24,336 bases of DNA from a virus (IMGVR_UViG_2740892113_000002), one strand, 5' to 3'. Counted from the stretch's first letter, positions 1 to 10,295 are shown. The notes: generated by a model from the letters alone, not told the origin. Numbers and translations are program-made.

Positions 1-443
1 TCAAATGTTATTACCCGATCTCGATGGAAGTTATTGAGTGATCTCCTTTCATGAAAATACGCAAAAGTCGACACACGGCTGTAAGCCACACCCGCCATCG
101 CATACGCGCTGAACCATTCATTCACGCGTACAGACGGCCCCGCCATCACGCTGAACCAGCGGTTACGCACGGAATCTTCATGCCAGCGGGTATCGCTGTA
201 GCGCGTTTTTTGCTCATCCTCAGCATTGGCATAACTGAAGGACGTAATCAGCCCCAGCGCGTCCGTAAACTCATAACGGTATTTCACGTTAATCCCGTTC
301 AGATCATCACTACCGGGAACGTTCGTCGAGGCATGGAGATACCCCGCGCTCAGCGTGGACTGATGTTCTGCTGCACTCGCTGGCGTAGCAGCGGCGACCT
401 GCCAGACTACTGCGGACAAAATAACAGCACATAATTTACGCAT
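1..443 (-). CDS. lom: Lom-family outer membrane protein (Ail/Lom/OmpX family), 3'-partial, runs off the window start
   Basis: Minus-strand ATG at 441-443 preceded by GAGAGG RBS. Translation MRKLCAVILSAVVWQVAAATPASAAEHQSTLSAGYLHASTNVPGSDDLNGINVKYRYEF...RWHEDSVRNRWFSVMAGPSVRVNEWFSAYAMAG closely matches lambda Lom as I recall it, with a signal peptide. Frame stays open to position 3. The last about 20 codons before the window edge diverge from lambda Lom. Absent from the ORF track because no stop lies in the window. Confidence 0.7.
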   Translation of the reverse strand, partial: MRKLCAVILSAVVWQVAAATPASAAEHQSTLSAGYLHASTNVPGSDDLNGINVKYRYEFTDALGLITSFSYANAEDEQKTRYSDTRWHEDSVRNRWFSVMAGPSVRVNEWFSAYAMAGVAYSRVSTFAYFHERRSLNNFHRDRVITF

Positions 444-464
444 AATTACCTCTCGCTTTTCTGC

Positions 465-492
465 AATAAAAAAGGCGCCATTTCTGGCGCCC
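465..492 (-). terminator. Intrinsic terminator-like hairpin downstream of J (GGCGCCA-GAAA-TGGCGCC followed by TTTTTTATT on the minus strand)
   Basis: Perfect 7-bp GC-rich inverted repeat with 4-nt loop, followed by a T-run, about 20 nt after the J stop. Confidence 0.6.
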
Positions 493-510
493 GTATCTGG
501 GTTATAAAAT

Positions 511-3500
511 TCAGCTAATCGTGATGCCTGCAGTGGCTTTCTTCATCACCACAACCAGCAAATCGCTGATACTTGCTGTGGGATACCAGTTATTTACCAG
601 CCATGCTGACACCGAAAACTCCAGTGTCATGTGACCGTGACCGGCAGGCATATCAATAACACCACTGTAAATCAGCGTATTATCCAGCGCGGTACGGTTA
701 TAAATTTCAGCACCGTTTTTCCGCACTATCAGACGGCATGAGGAGTAAATATCAGTATGCTCTTTCTCATGTTTAGCGCCGCTGAATGCCACCGCCGGAA
801 TAACAATCTGCCGGTCAAACGGCTGATCGTCATAAACCCTGACGGTAATGGTTCCTGATGGCCACCGCTCCGGTGCACGGGAGTCCCGGGGGAAAGCTTT
901 GCCCACTGTTTTAACGAGATCGCCTTCAATCTGGTTCGCGGACAATTTTCCCAGAACCCGACAGTTCTCGTTAATCGTGACGTTGTTGAGCGTCCCGGAG
1001 TTCGCATTCACGTTACCGCTGATATCGGCATTTTTCGCCGTCAGCCGCCCGTCCGGTGTCAGGGAAAATGCCGGAGGATTACCGCCGCTGGTAATGGTGG
1101 GAGCCGTCAGATATTTCAGGAACACTTCATTCATAAATATCTGATCGCCCTGACCAACAAACATCGGCTTTGTGTTGCCATTCGCAGGATTAATCATCGC
1201 AATCCTGTCTGCCGCCAGCAGCACCTGACTCTGCATTCCTGCTGGCGTATTCTCAATACCGGCACCGATACCCGCAATATAAAGGCGTCCGTCCTGCATC
1301 TGCTGCAGTTTCACGGCCCACATGCTGTTCAGGTTATTATTTGTATCAACCTGAACTTTCTGTATCTGCTGGATTGCCGCACTCTGATTTTCCAGTTTTT
1401 TATTGACGGTCTGCGTGATTTCATTGCTGACATTCGTAATGGACGTCCTGATTTCAGCCAGGTCCGGCGCAAGCTGACCGTTATCAATCTGCGTCCACAG
1501 CTCCTGGGCCAGATGTGTTTTCCCGATTTCTCCTTTGAAAAAATCCAGGTAACCTTCCGCATCATCGCTCGCCCGACCGACAGCCTCCACGAATGCCGAT
1601 TTGCCAACAGTATTCACACTGCGGATATAAAAATAATAATCATGGCCCGGTTTGATATTGATACTGGCAGCTATCCAGTACAGCGCCGAGCCAAGATAGC
1701 GGGCTGCGGTTTCAACCTGCCTGATATCCGCAATCCGCTTTTCCGAGAACCAGAACTCAAACTGTACCGTCGGGTCATAAACGGCAAGATGTGGCGTTGC
1801 GGTTATCTGAAAATAGCCCGGCGTCAGCTCAATCCGCGACGGTGCTGCCGGTGCGGCAATCCGGAAGGTGGTGGTGGCAGGTTCACCCTGCTGGCCATAG
1901 CTGTTTATCGCCCGCACCGTCAGGGTGTATTCCCCGAGCGGCAGGCCGCTGAAACGGTGCTCCGTGTCTGCGGTGATGGCGGTGGTCACCAGTCTGGCAT
2001 CCGTTCCCTTACCACTGGTCAGGCGCAGACTGAAGCGCACACCCTTCACCACCCGCGGCGTGTCCCATTTCGCCTGCGCCAGATACTGGCCGTCAGCTGC
2101 GCTCACCTCCACCGTCAGGTGCTGCACTGCCGGTGGGATGACGCTGTTCAGGGAACCTGACTGCGGCTCAAAGCGGGCACCGTTATCCACGATGGCTTCT
2201 TTTTCCGGTACGTGCTGCACCGCCGTGATGGCAAAGGTGCCGTCCGTGTTTTCCCGGATGGAGACACAGCGGAACAGGCGACGGCGCAGTGACGGCAGGG
2301 AGAGTCCCCACACCCCGTATGTCTCCACACCATCAGGCAGGGTACTGACCTGTATCCGGTCCGGCGCGGGGTGTGCGGTGATGTCCACACTCACCGGCTT
2401 ACCGCTGCCGTTAATCAGGTTCACCGCCGATGTACCTGTCTCCGGCAGGGTAACCTCACGGTCCAGCGTCAGGGTGCGGGTGGCAGCATCAATGGACAGG
2501 ACACGTCCGCCGGTCAGGGTCCCGGCATAGTCATTATCACAGATTTCAATAATGTCACCGGGTGTGTGCCGCAGCCCCTGAGACCCGAGCGTGAAATCCA
2601 CCGTCTGCGTTTCCAGCAGTTCGGTCTTTATCACCCACAGTCCGGCACGGTGGGCCTGACCGCGGCTGGTACAGCCGAACGCGTCCATCTTCAGCAGGTT
2701 GCGTCCGTAGCGCAGTATGGCTTCCGGGTCTTCCACCAGTTCCGTGGAGGTCTGCCAGCCGTTCTGCGGGTCGGTGTAATTCACCTCCACCGCCGTGTGC
2801 CGGTCCTTCAGGGCACTGAAGCTGTAGCGGAATCCCACGCCGTTATCATCCACCACCACATCGCTGTTGGTGTACGGCCACACCACATCCGACGGGCGGT
2901 CCTGAACGAACGTCAGCGTCTGACCGTTCCATACCGGCATACAGCGCATCGCAGAGCAGAAATCACTGAGAACGTCCCACGCCTTACGCTGTTGTGCCAG
3001 GTACGCATTAAAGGTCATCCGCGGCTCGGTCCCCCCGAAACCATCCGGGACCGTCTGGTCGCAGTACTGCCCGATGGCATACAGCGCCCACTTGTCCACA
3101 TCCGCCGCCCCCAGACGTTTTCCCATGCCGTAGCGCGGGTGAGTCAGCATGTCCCACAGACACCAGGCCGGGTTGTTGCTGTATGCCGGTTTCAGACTGC
3201 CGTCCCAGATACCACTATACGTGCGTTTTTCCGGGTCATAGTTTGACGGCACCTGGATGATGCGACCGCGGATATGGTAGTTCACCGTCATCTGCTGGCC
3301 GCCGAACTGCTCCGCATCCACCTGCAGCCCCACAATGGCCGTGTTCGGGTAGCACTGTTTCACATCGATGATTTCGGTGTATGACGACCACAGCGTCTTA
3401 TTCTGCAGCTGGTCCGTGGTGCTGTCCGCCGTCTCCCTGACCATCCGGATGTTAAAGGGCCGGGGAGGCAGATTATCCAGAATCACCGAGGCCAGGAACT

Positions 3501-3984
3501 GTGAGGTGGTCTTGCCGTTAATGGTGACGTCCTTTTCTGTCACCCAGTTACCGTTACGCTGTAACTGAATCAGCAGGCGGACGGATGCCGGGTTACGGTC
3601 ACCCTTTGAGGTGGTCTCCACCAGTGACTGCACCCCGAAGGTAACCCGCAGGCGGTCAATGTTCGCGGACGTAATGGTGCGCGTCACCGGTTTTGCCTTC
3701 GTCACTTCCACGCCCAGTCCGGTTTCAGCTCCGGAGGACTCAAAGCCTTCCGGTGGTGTCTGCTCCTGCTCCCCGGCGCGCCAGACCGCCGTCACACCGT
3801 GTATCACGGGATTGCCGTCCGTGTCCGTCAGTGGGGTTTTGTTCACCAGAATACTCTGCAGTCCCTTCACCGGACCTTCTATCGGTCCCTCACCAATCGC
3901 ATCAATCACGCTCATCATCTGCGTGGATTTGAGATTATCCTTCGCCTCACGAGGCGTGTGTGCCTTACCGCCACCTTTTCCCAT
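511..3984 (-). CDS. J: Tail tip / host specificity protein J (central tail fibre, receptor binding at C-terminus)
   Basis: 1157-aa ORF. N-terminus [45 protein letters not shown] and overall length match lambda gpJ as recalled. Sits immediately after I/K/L/M/H in lambda order. Confidence 0.95.
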   Translation of the reverse strand: MGKGGGKAHTPREAKDNLKSTQMMSVIDAIGEGPIEGPVKGLQSILVNKTPLTDTDGNPVIHGVTAVWRAGEQEQTPPEGFESSGAETGLGVEVTKAKPVTRTITSANIDRLRVTFGVQSLVETTSKGDRNPASVRLLIQLQRNGNWVTEKDVTINGKTTSQFLASVILDNLPPRPFNIRMVRETADSTTDQLQNKTLWSSYTEIIDVKQCYPNTAIVGLQVDAEQFGGQQMTVNYHIRGRIIQVPSNYDPEKRTYSGIWDGSLKPAYSNNPAWCLWDMLTHPRYGMGKRLGAADVDKWALYAIGQYCDQTVPDGFGGTEPRMTFNAYLAQQRKAWDVLSDFCSAMRCMPVWNGQTLTFVQDRPSDVVWPYTNSDVVVDDNGVGFRYSFSALKDRHTAVEVNYTDPQNGWQTSTELVEDPEAILRYGRNLLKMDAFGCTSRGQAHRAGLWVIKTELLETQTVDFTLGSQGLRHTPGDIIEICDNDYAGTLTGGRVLSIDAATRTLTLDREVTLPETGTSAVNLINGSGKPVSVDITAHPAPDRIQVSTLPDGVETYGVWGLSLPSLRRRLFRCVSIRENTDGTFAITAVQHVPEKEAIVDNGARFEPQSGSLNSVIPPAVQHLTVEVSAADGQYLAQAKWDTPRVVKGVRFSLRLTSGKGTDARLVTTAITADTEHRFSGLPLGEYTLTVRAINSYGQQGEPATTTFRIAAPAAPSRIELTPGYFQITATPHLAVYDPTVQFEFWFSEKRIADIRQVETAARYLGSALYWIAASINIKPGHDYYFYIRSVNTVGKSAFVEAVGRASDDAEGYLDFFKGEIGKTHLAQELWTQIDNGQLAPDLAEIRTSITNVSNEITQTVNKKLENQSAAIQQIQKVQVDTNNNLNSMWAVKLQQMQDGRLYIAGIGAGIENTPAGMQSQVLLAADRIAMINPANGNTKPMFVGQGDQIFMNEVFLKYLTAPTITSGGNPPAFSLTPDGRLTAKNADISGNVNANSGTLNNVTINENCRVLGKLSANQIEGDLVKTVGKAFPRDSRAPERWPSGTITVRVYDDQPFDRQIVIPAVAFSGAKHEKEHTDIYSSCRLIVRKNGAEIYNRTALDNTLIYSGVIDMPAGHGHMTLEFSVSAWLVNNWYPTASISDLLVVVMKKATAGITIS

Positions 3985-4087
3985 ACAGCCTTCCCCTGAA
4001 TAAATTAACCGCCACTTGCCATTCCGTACAGAAGTCGGATATCCTTCGCCCGAAAAGCATGAAACACATTTCTGCCATGCTAAAGAG

Positions 4088-4123
4088 AAACCCCGGTATC
4101 AGCAGATACCGGGGTTTTCTTTC
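4088..4123. terminator. Strong hairpin in the I-J intergenic region (AAACCCCGGTATC-AGCA-GATACCGGGGTTT) with U-rich flank in both orientations
   Basis: Perfect 13-bp inverted repeat with 4-nt loop. Plus strand is followed by TTTTCTTTC, minus strand by TTTCTCTTT. Confidence 0.5.
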
Positions 4124-4189
4124 ATGCCCACCGATAATCCTGTTGGTTAAAACCGGTAATGGCATAAAAATTCTGAATATCTTCACATT

Positions 4190-4217
4190 TTCACACACTG
4201 ACTGTGGCGCTTATAAT
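4190..4217 (+). promoter_or_regulatory. Candidate sigma70 promoter on the plus strand (antisense to the tail operon): -35 TTCACA, 16-nt spacer, -10 TATAAT
   Basis: Perfect -10 hexamer TATAAT and a 5/6 match to the -35 consensus at 16-bp spacing. Located in the 340-bp I-J intergenic region. Confidence 0.4.
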
Positions 4218-4223
4218 TTCGCT

Positions 4224-4321
4224 GCGTTAGTGTTTTTTTGCCCGAGTAACAAAAACAACTCCTTAACATTGATCTTCATTTGTCTGTCCCCGCAGCTCCG
4301 CGATCACTGCGGGATTTTTTT
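4224..4321 (+). ncRNA. Candidate small non-coding RNA (about 95 nt) running from the predicted promoter to an intrinsic terminator
   Basis: Promoter and terminator bracket about 95 nt with no plausible ORF. Inferred from signals only; no homology claimed. Confidence 0.25.
4289..4321 (+). terminator. Intrinsic terminator on the plus strand (CCCGCAG stem, 11-nt loop, CTGCGGG, then A + T7)
   Basis: 7-bp GC-rich stem followed by seven Ts on the plus strand. On the minus strand the hairpin is preceded, not followed, by the U-run, so it is oriented for plus-strand termination. Confidence 0.5.
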
Positions 4322-4326
4322 ATGTT

Positions 4327-5007
4327 TTATCCCTGTCGCCCGATAACCACGACCGTTCCGCCCCCGCCTTCATCACGGGTGCTGATGTCCTGGGATATAC
4401 GGCGGGAGCCAACCAGCATTTCCCCGTAAGGCACCGGCATCGGGTTCCCCTGGGCAATCATGTTATCCAGCGAGGAAAAGTACGTGTTCTGTCTGCCGTT
4501 ATCCGTTGCGCGGTAATCCGGTGTTTTTGCCTTCGGGGCCAGCATCTGGGCCACACCGCCCAGAATCATGCTGGCTCCAAGTGAAAACAGCATCGTGGTG
4601 GCAGAAAAACCACCGGCTGCCAGGGCTGAACCCCATAACGCCATTGATGCCCCGGCAGTGAAGAAAGAGCCCACGATGGCTGCCGCCCCCAGCACAATCT
4701 GCAGTCCACCCTTTCCGGCCCCGGCCAGTCGCGGCACAATATGGATGACCGTTCCCTCACCCAGCTGTTCGTGAAGACGGGCGTACACCGCCTCCGGTGC
4801 CGTGTCATAACCGGCAATACGTATCTGGTACCAGCCTTCGTTCATCTGACGGCGAAAGCCCGGCACCTGTAACGACAGCGCCCGGATGGCTTCCGCTGCC
4901 GTGTTCACATACAGGCTGAGGCGGCGGCCAAATCGTTGTAAATCCCCGTGAAGGCAGATGCGTGCCAGTGGCGGTGACGCCAGACAGAATGCGTTCGTCG
5001 TTGCCAT
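4327..5007 (-). CDS. I: Tail assembly protein I
   Basis: 226 aa. MATTNAFCLASPPLARICLHGDLQRFGRR...GAAAIVGSFFTAGA...NTYFSSLDNM matches lambda gpI as recalled. Overlaps the K 3' end as in lambda. Confidence 0.9.
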   Translation of the reverse strand: MATTNAFCLASPPLARICLHGDLQRFGRRLSLYVNTAAEAIRALSLQVPGFRRQMNEGWYQIRIAGYDTAPEAVYARLHEQLGEGTVIHIVPRLAGAGKGGLQIVLGAAAIVGSFFTAGASMALWGSALAAGGFSATTMLFSLGASMILGGVAQMLAPKAKTPDYRATDNGRQNTYFSSLDNMIAQGNPMPVPYGEMLVGSRRISQDISTRDEGGGGTVVVIGRQG

Positions 5008-5648
5008 TTTTCGGAATACCTCTCCCGTTTACTCAGTTGTTCAGGCAGATGGTGAAGCAGCTCACCGTTGCCGCAGTAAATGGCGGCATGGTTCGGTACC
5101 GAAGCACCAAAGCAGCACAGCAGAATATCGCCCGCCTGTGCAGAGGACAGGGGCACCCGGTAAAAGCCGGTGACCGCCATATTGTCCAGGTAAAGGTTCT
5201 GACCGTTGCGCCACCAGTCATCCTCGCGATGAAAATCCGGCATTTCAGTCCCCGCCAGATGATAAGCATCCCGGAACAGCGTGTAACAGTCCGTCACCCC
5301 GTGCTCAAAGCGCCGTCCTGTCAGATGTGGCACACAGCGGAATTTGTGAATGTCACCCCGGCAGACCAGCCACCAGGGCAGTGCGCTTTTTATCTGCAGC
5401 CGCCGGTCAGCCTCGCTCAGCCAGGGCAGCCCACCGGGATGACTGTGGACCAGTGCCACAATCTCCCCCTGCATCTCTGCCCGCAGCCAGTCTTCCGGTG
5501 CGATACGAAAATACGCCTCCGGCTCTGCAGAAATATTCACACAAGGGATATACCACTCCCCCTCCGACGTGCTTATCACGAAGCCGCACGACTCCGCAGG
5601 CGCACACCGCCGGGCATGCGCCAGAATCGCTGATTCAGTCTGTGTCAT
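4905..5648 (-). CDS. K: Tail assembly protein K (JAMM/MPN plus NlpC/P60 domains)
   Basis: Start set at the internal ATG giving MTQTESAILAHARRCAPAESCGFV, which matches the lambda gpK N-terminus; the track ORF extends further upstream. JAMM motif HSHPGGLPWLSEAD (H-x-H-x7-S-x2-D) is present, with Cys/His residues typical of NlpC/P60. Confidence 0.9.
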   Translation of the reverse strand: MTQTESAILAHARRCAPAESCGFVISTSEGEWYIPCVNISAEPEAYFRIAPEDWLRAEMQGEIVALVHSHPGGLPWLSEADRRLQIKSALPWWLVCRGDIHKFRCVPHLTGRRFEHGVTDCYTLFRDAYHLAGTEMPDFHREDDWWRNGQNLYLDNMAVTGFYRVPLSSAQAGDILLCCFGASVPNHAAIYCGNGELLHHLPEQLSKRERYSEKWQRRTHSVWRHRHWHASAFTGIYNDLAAASACM

Positions 5649-5658
5649 AAACCGGGAT

Positions 5659-6357
5659 TTACTGCGAAAGTTTATTAATGGAAAGGAAACCGCCAAAATT
5701 GCCGACATTCCTGCGCAGTTCACACCCGCGCATGCACTTGCTGCATCTGTCCTTACGGATATCCGTGGTGGGGTTGTCGAACTCATCCGCCACCGCAGGA
5801 CCGTTATACCCGCATTCATCTCCCCGGTAATCCCACATACAGGTGTTCGCCAGCATGATGCGACCGGGAAACAGCGCCCCATCCGTCTCGGTCGGTGTAG
5901 CCAGCACAAACGAGGCCGTCATGGCTGTCAGCTGCGACATCTGCTCCACCACCCAGCGGTCACTCAGCTCCTGCTCCGGGTCCGCCTCCGGATTGCCCGC
6001 AACGAAATTCACCGCATCCAGAAAACGGGCATACACCCGGCGGCGGACCACCGTGGCCCCCACCAGACTCTGCAGGTCTTCCGCCATCCCGGTGACCAGA
6101 CCGAACAGATTGGACACCGTCAGCGACGGTCTGGCACTGCTGCCCTTCCCGCTCATCTCAAAACCGCTGCCGTCAATCGGGTATGCCTGATATTGCCGCC
6201 CCTGCCAGGTGACCGGCTCCCCTTTTTCATTCAGCTCATTACAGAAAAAATACCGCTCACCGCCCTGTACCGTCAGGTCGATTTCCCAGAGTACCACCCG
6301 CGGTGACTGCTCTGACTTAACCGACTCGTTCAGACTTTCTTCGCGAATATCCTGCAT
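5659..6357 (-). CDS. L: Tail tip assembly protein L
   Basis: 232 aa. MQDIREESLNE...VVLWEIDLT...GGERYFFCNE...NVGNFGGFLSINKLSQ matches lambda gpL in length and sequence as recalled. ATGA overlap with the M stop. Confidence 0.92.
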   Translation of the reverse strand: MQDIREESLNESVKSEQSPRVVLWEIDLTVQGGERYFFCNELNEKGEPVTWQGRQYQAYPIDGSGFEMSGKGSSARPSLTVSNLFGLVTGMAEDLQSLVGATVVRRRVYARFLDAVNFVAGNPEADPEQELSDRWVVEQMSQLTAMTASFVLATPTETDGALFPGRIMLANTCMWDYRGDECGYNGPAVADEFDNPTTDIRKDRCSKCMRGCELRRNVGNFGGFLSINKLSQ

Positions 6358-6698
6358 CAGTTCACCACCTGCTCAATCGTACAACTGAAATCACTGTGCC
6401 TGGCGTTATCTGTGACGCTCCACTCCCGGCACACCACCCTCACCGTCAGGTTATGTTTCGGCGGTCGCCACAAAAAGGCACGGTAACCACCATGCCACGA
6501 TAAAAATTCATCCAGCCAGCGCCGGGTTGGTTCATCCGTCACCCGGAACACCGCCTGAAACGTCTTCAGTCTGGCATTAAGTCCCGTCGGTCGGCGCTGT
6601 TCATAACCGTCACCAAACCGAACCCTCACCACCGACGGTTTCTCACTCACCTGCATCCCTTCACGCGGGACCAGATGCAGCGTTTTTATCTCAGCCAC
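6357..6698 (-). CDS. M: Tail tip protein M
   Basis: 113 aa with GTG start. VRVRFGDGYEQRRPTGLNA...FLWRPP...EQVVN resembles lambda gpM. Sits between H and L. Confidence 0.85.
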   Translation of the reverse strand: MAEIKTLHLVPREGMQVSEKPSVVRVRFGDGYEQRRPTGLNARLKTFQAVFRVTDEPTRRWLDEFLSWHGGYRAFLWRPPKHNLTVRVVCREWSVTDNARHSDFSCTIEQVVN

Positions 6699-9600
6699 TC
6701 AGCATTCCTCCGTCACGTCGCATGGACAGCATCACCGCCTGCACCCGCTGGTCAATCAGCTGCACAAGACTGCCTGCCGCCTCCGCCCCTATCTGTCCGT
6801 TAGCCCCGTCATTCTGAATGGCGATGTGGTAGACCGGGGAATACACCAGACCGGCACTGCCGTTCATACTGCCCACCGCGCGTACGCCCAGCGAGCCATC
6901 CGCCGCCCGGGTCAGGGGCATAATGGCTTCAGGTCCGGCTTCCCCCATCAGCCCGGCCCCTTTTGCAAACGCAAAGTACGTGGGCGTGTCCACAATGCTG
7001 TTGCTGTACGCACTCAGGTTTGCCGAGGTATACACGCCGCCTTTTGCATTGGCCACCGCACCGCCCAGCCAGTCACCAATGCTGCCAATAAATCCTCCCG
7101 CACCGGACATACCGTTTGCCGCCGTCTTAATTCCGTTGACAATCGCAGCATTCATAAGAACTTTTGAGATTTCCTGCAGTACGGATGAGGCCCAGTTGCG
7201 CCATTCCACTTTGTTTCCGTTCAGCATCTCCGTGATGTTATTCACCATCCCTGAGATACCCTCCGTCGCAAGCTGTGCTGCCTGTGAGGCGTAATCGGAT
7301 GCATTGTCCACCCAGTTACTGAGCCCCTCCTGCAAGCCTTTCTGCCAGTCCGCACGCTGCGCATCCGATTCGGCATAAAAGGCTGCCTGGTCCTTAAGGC
7401 GTTCGCTCAGATACTGCGCGTTCTGTGCCCGTGCCTGTCTGTAAAAATCCTCACTGATATCCCCGGTCTGATACTGAGACTGAAGGTCCGCATCCTTCTG
7501 GCGGAAGCTGTCACGGATCTGCTGCAACTCCCGCATGCGTTCCCTGGCTCGTTCTCCCTGCCCGTATCCCAGCAGTTCGGCTTCATTTGATGCACGCGCA
7601 GCCACATTATCATTCTTCAGGGTCTCTTCCCGGGATCGCAACTGTTCCCGGATTTTTTGCTGGTCAATCAGGGCCGCGTTACGCAGCAGTTCCTGCTTCT
7701 GCATCTCCGTCAGGGTTTTCAGTTCGCCCTGCGCAGTCTGGTACTTCAGCTTCGCCAGCTCTGTATTCTGACCCGCCAGTGCCAGTTGCTCTTTCTGCTG
7801 CTTCAGTAGCCGGGAAAAACTGTCTTCCGCTTTTTCCGTCTCTGATTTTCCACCCCGGGATTTAGGTTTGTTCGCCTCGTTATTACGCCAGGCTTCCAGA
7901 GCATTACTGATATAACGCTGTCTCGCCTCCTGATACGAATCCCCCACAAAACCAAGGTCATCCGCCGCATACCCCAGCCGGGCACGCTCTTTTTCCTCCC
8001 CCTTCAGTCGGGACAGGGCCAGCTCACGTTCTGTTTTTGTCAGGGCGCTCTGCTGTTTATCATCCAGGGTGGCCTGCGGCAGCCGTAACGGTACATTCAC
8101 CAGTCCCTGACGCTGCTGAAGCAGTTCATTCCCCAGCCCCAGCAGACGGTTGAATTCCGTATGCTGACCGTTCATAACCAGCATGGACTGGTACACCTTA
8201 TTCTGCTCTGCCGCCTGCTGACGAATTAACGCCACACGACGGTCTTCCAGCCCGGCAAGCACATCCTGAATGGACTGCGCTTTTTCCTGCATCTGTGCCA
8301 GACGGGACTGCTCAACGGCAAGCTGCTCTGTTGCCTGAGAAAGCCCTTCCGTCACGGTCTTCACCGATGTCAGATGGTTTATCATGAATCCGTCACCGGT
8401 TGTCCAGCCAGGGTTAGCCAGAACATACTGATATCCAGCGATTTTTTCCTGCAGGGATTTCACCCGGCTGGCCTGTTCATCAATCAGCCGGTTCTGCTCT
8501 GCCAGCGCCGCCCGTGTTCGTCCTTCATTATCTGAGGCTTCAGGCAAAGACATTGACGGCGTTTTATGCGCGATTTCATCTATCGTCAGTGCATACTGGC
8601 GCGCTGACTCCCTGGCCTGCTCCTGATTCTGGTACAGCGTATACCATGCTGCTGCCCCCAGCATCACCAGTCCGGGTACGCCACCAACCAGTCCCAACGC
8701 ACCAGTCATCAGACGTGAGCCCACCGCCGTTGTACTGTTCAGCTCATTCTGGGCTGCGGTTCTGGCAGCAATATTTCTGTTCAGGCGTTCCTGTGTGGCC
8801 GCCAGACGGGCTTCTGCAGCAATCTGCATCTCCGTCCCGCGGGCTGCCGCCACAGCCTGCTGTGCACGGTACACGGCTGCCCTTGCCCGCGCCGTGGCAA
8901 TCTGCGTCCCCCTGAGCTGTGCTTCCGCCAGTGCCACTTCATTACGTGCTGCCGTCACAAGTCCTGCCGTGGCAGACACCGCTCCGGAGGCCATATTGCC
9001 AAAGTACCGGGCAACCCCGACGGCAACCAGCGCCCCCGCGGCTGTTGCCACATTATCAATATTACCGGCAACACCGTTCAGCACGCCGGAGAGCGTTTTC
9101 GTCGCTCCGCTGGCTTCATTCGCGCCACCCACCCAGGCCATAAAGGCGTTTTCCACCTTTGTGATCCCGTCAGAGACCGTTTCCGGCATGGCGGCATATT
9201 CATCACGCAATACCCCCAGCTGGCTGATTAACGCAGGAACGACTTTATCCGCCGTCAGTTTGCCGTCGTCCGCCATCGCCTTAAGGTCTTTACGGGCCAC
9301 GCCCATACCCGCAGCCAGTGCACGTACGATCCGGTCTCCGCTTTCATTGACCGAATTAAATTCCTCACCGCGTAACACACCCTGTGCCAGCGCCTGGCTG
9401 AACTGGGTGATCACCGAGCCCGCCTCTGCCGTACTGGCACCGGAGATTTTCAGCCCCGTGGAAATGGCCTCCGTCACCTTCAGCACATCATCAGCACTGT
9501 AACCATATTCACGCATTGAGGCTGCCGAGCGGGCAAACAGGGCCGCATTATCTGAAAATGCCGTGCCCGTCCGCTGGCTGATATCCATCAGCACTTTCTG

Positions 9601-9933
9601 TGATGACGAAAATTCATCGGATGACTGCGACGCCTGTTTCAGTCGGGCATTCACGGAACTCCATTCATCGGCCAGAGAAATCAGGTGTCCGGTGGCAAAG
9701 GCACCTGCAAATGCCCCCGCCGTTCCGGCAGCTGAAGCGCGGATTTCCGTCAACTGGCTGTTCAGCTCAGCCAGGGCGCGTCGCTGCACCCGGGCGACTG
9801 CGGCAGCCTGACGCCCGCCATTCTGCAGGGTCCGGTAATATTCACTGCCCATGCGGGAAGCCCGCTGGATCTCCGACTGGAATGACTGCGAATTTGCCGA
9901 AATTTTGATAATCAGTTCACGTAACGTCGCCAT
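6691..9933 (-). CDS. H: Tail tape measure protein
   Basis: 1080 aa, Ala/Gln-rich predicted coiled coil. C-terminus GGVYTSANLSAYSNSIVDTPTYFAFAKGAGLMGEAGPEAIMPLTRAADGSLGVRAVG matches the conserved C-terminal region of lambda gpH as recalled. Lies between GT and M. Confidence 0.9.
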   Translation of the reverse strand: MATLRELIIKISANSQSFQSEIQRASRMGSEYYRTLQNGGRQAAAVARVQRRALAELNSQLTEIRASAAGTAGAFAGAFATGHLISLADEWSSVNARLKQASQSSDEFSSSQKVLMDISQRTGTAFSDNAALFARSAASMREYGYSADDVLKVTEAISTGLKISGASTAEAGSVITQFSQALAQGVLRGEEFNSVNESGDRIVRALAAGMGVARKDLKAMADDGKLTADKVVPALISQLGVLRDEYAAMPETVSDGITKVENAFMAWVGGANEASGATKTLSGVLNGVAGNIDNVATAAGALVAVGVARYFGNMASGAVSATAGLVTAARNEVALAEAQLRGTQIATARARAAVYRAQQAVAAARGTEMQIAAEARLAATQERLNRNIAARTAAQNELNSTTAVGSRLMTGALGLVGGVPGLVMLGAAAWYTLYQNQEQARESARQYALTIDEIAHKTPSMSLPEASDNEGRTRAALAEQNRLIDEQASRVKSLQEKIAGYQYVLANPGWTTGDGFMINHLTSVKTVTEGLSQATEQLAVEQSRLAQMQEKAQSIQDVLAGLEDRRVALIRQQAAEQNKVYQSMLVMNGQHTEFNRLLGLGNELLQQRQGLVNVPLRLPQATLDDKQQSALTKTERELALSRLKGEEKERARLGYAADDLGFVGDSYQEARQRYISNALEAWRNNEANKPKSRGGKSETEKAEDSFSRLLKQQKEQLALAGQNTELAKLKYQTAQGELKTLTEMQKQELLRNAALIDQQKIREQLRSREETLKNDNVAARASNEAELLGYGQGERARERMRELQQIRDSFRQKDADLQSQYQTGDISEDFYRQARAQNAQYLSERLKDQAAFYAESDAQRADWQKGLQEGLSNWVDNASDYASQAAQLATEGISGMVNNITEMLNGNKVEWRNWASSVLQEISKVLMNAAIVNGIKTAANGMSGAGGFIGSIGDWLGGAVANAKGGVYTSANLSAYSNSIVDTPTYFAFAKGAGLMGEAGPEAIMPLTRAADGSLGVRAVGSMNGSAGLVYSPVYHIAIQNDGANGQIGAEAAGSLVQLIDQRVQAVMLSMRRDGGMLSG

Positions 9934-9950
9934 TCACCTTTCTCCGGGCG

Positions 9951-9972
9951 TAAAAAAACCGCCTCAGCGGTT
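9951..9972 (-). terminator. Hairpin plus T-run between T and H (AACCGC-TGAG-GCGGTT then TTTTTTTA on the minus strand)
   Basis: 6-bp stem, 4-nt loop and T-run, directly read from the sequence. The same stem sequence recurs upstream of the protease/capsid gene. Confidence 0.45.
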
Positions 9973-9980
9973 CTCATCAT

Positions 9981-10295
9981 TCATGACTGTGCTGCGAAGC
10001 TCAGCGCGTCTTCCAGCGCCGCAAACGGATCCACCTCCGGCTTATCCTCATCCTCGCCCCAGCAGAGCATGGCGTCCTTCAGTGCAACATTCATCCCCTG
10101 TGCCCCAAAAACCGCTTTCACGATCTGTGCATTACGGATATCCCCGCGCTCATCACCCAGCGGGGATACCCTGTCGAACTCCATCCACATCATCGCCTCG
10201 CTCACACTCAGGCTGTGCCGCAGTTCGGATAAGGTGCGCCCCAGACGGAGCGCAAGTCGCATCAGAAAGCGAATTTCCGGGCGGGCTACTTTTTT
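9981..10295 (-). CDS. T: T-frame segment of the tail assembly chaperone, expressed as a G-T fusion by -1 programmed ribosomal frameshift
   Basis: The -1 frame stays open from the slippery heptamer A_AAA_AAG (minus strand, about 10289-10295, last two codons of G) through to 9981. Position between G and H is as in lambda. No independent RBS is expected. Confidence 0.65.
   Translation of the reverse strand, partial: KKVARPEIRFLMRLALRLGRTLSELRHSLSVSEAMMWMEFDRVSPLGDERGDIRNAQIVKAVFGAQGMNVALKDAMLCWGEDEDKPEVDPFAALEDALSFAAQS

Noticed and set aside
51-434. 127-aa plus-strand ORF
   Set aside because: It lies antisense to the well-supported lom gene, is Arg/His-rich with no RBS, and is a typical shadow ORF.
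848-3246. Several plus-strand ORFs of 98-291 aa (848..1144, 1513..2160, 1925..2530, 2371..3246) and minus-strand off-frame ORFs inside J
   Set aside because: All are embedded in the J coding region on the opposite strand or in another frame, with Arg/Pro/Gly-rich low-complexity translations typical of GC-rich antisense frames.
6826-9502. Plus-strand ORFs within the tape measure gene (6826..7167, 6923..7294, 8514..8915, 8795..9502) and the 16223..17116 ORF within the capsid gene
   Set aside because: These are antisense shadow ORFs inside confidently assigned structural genes, with Ala/Pro/Ser/Arg-rich translations.
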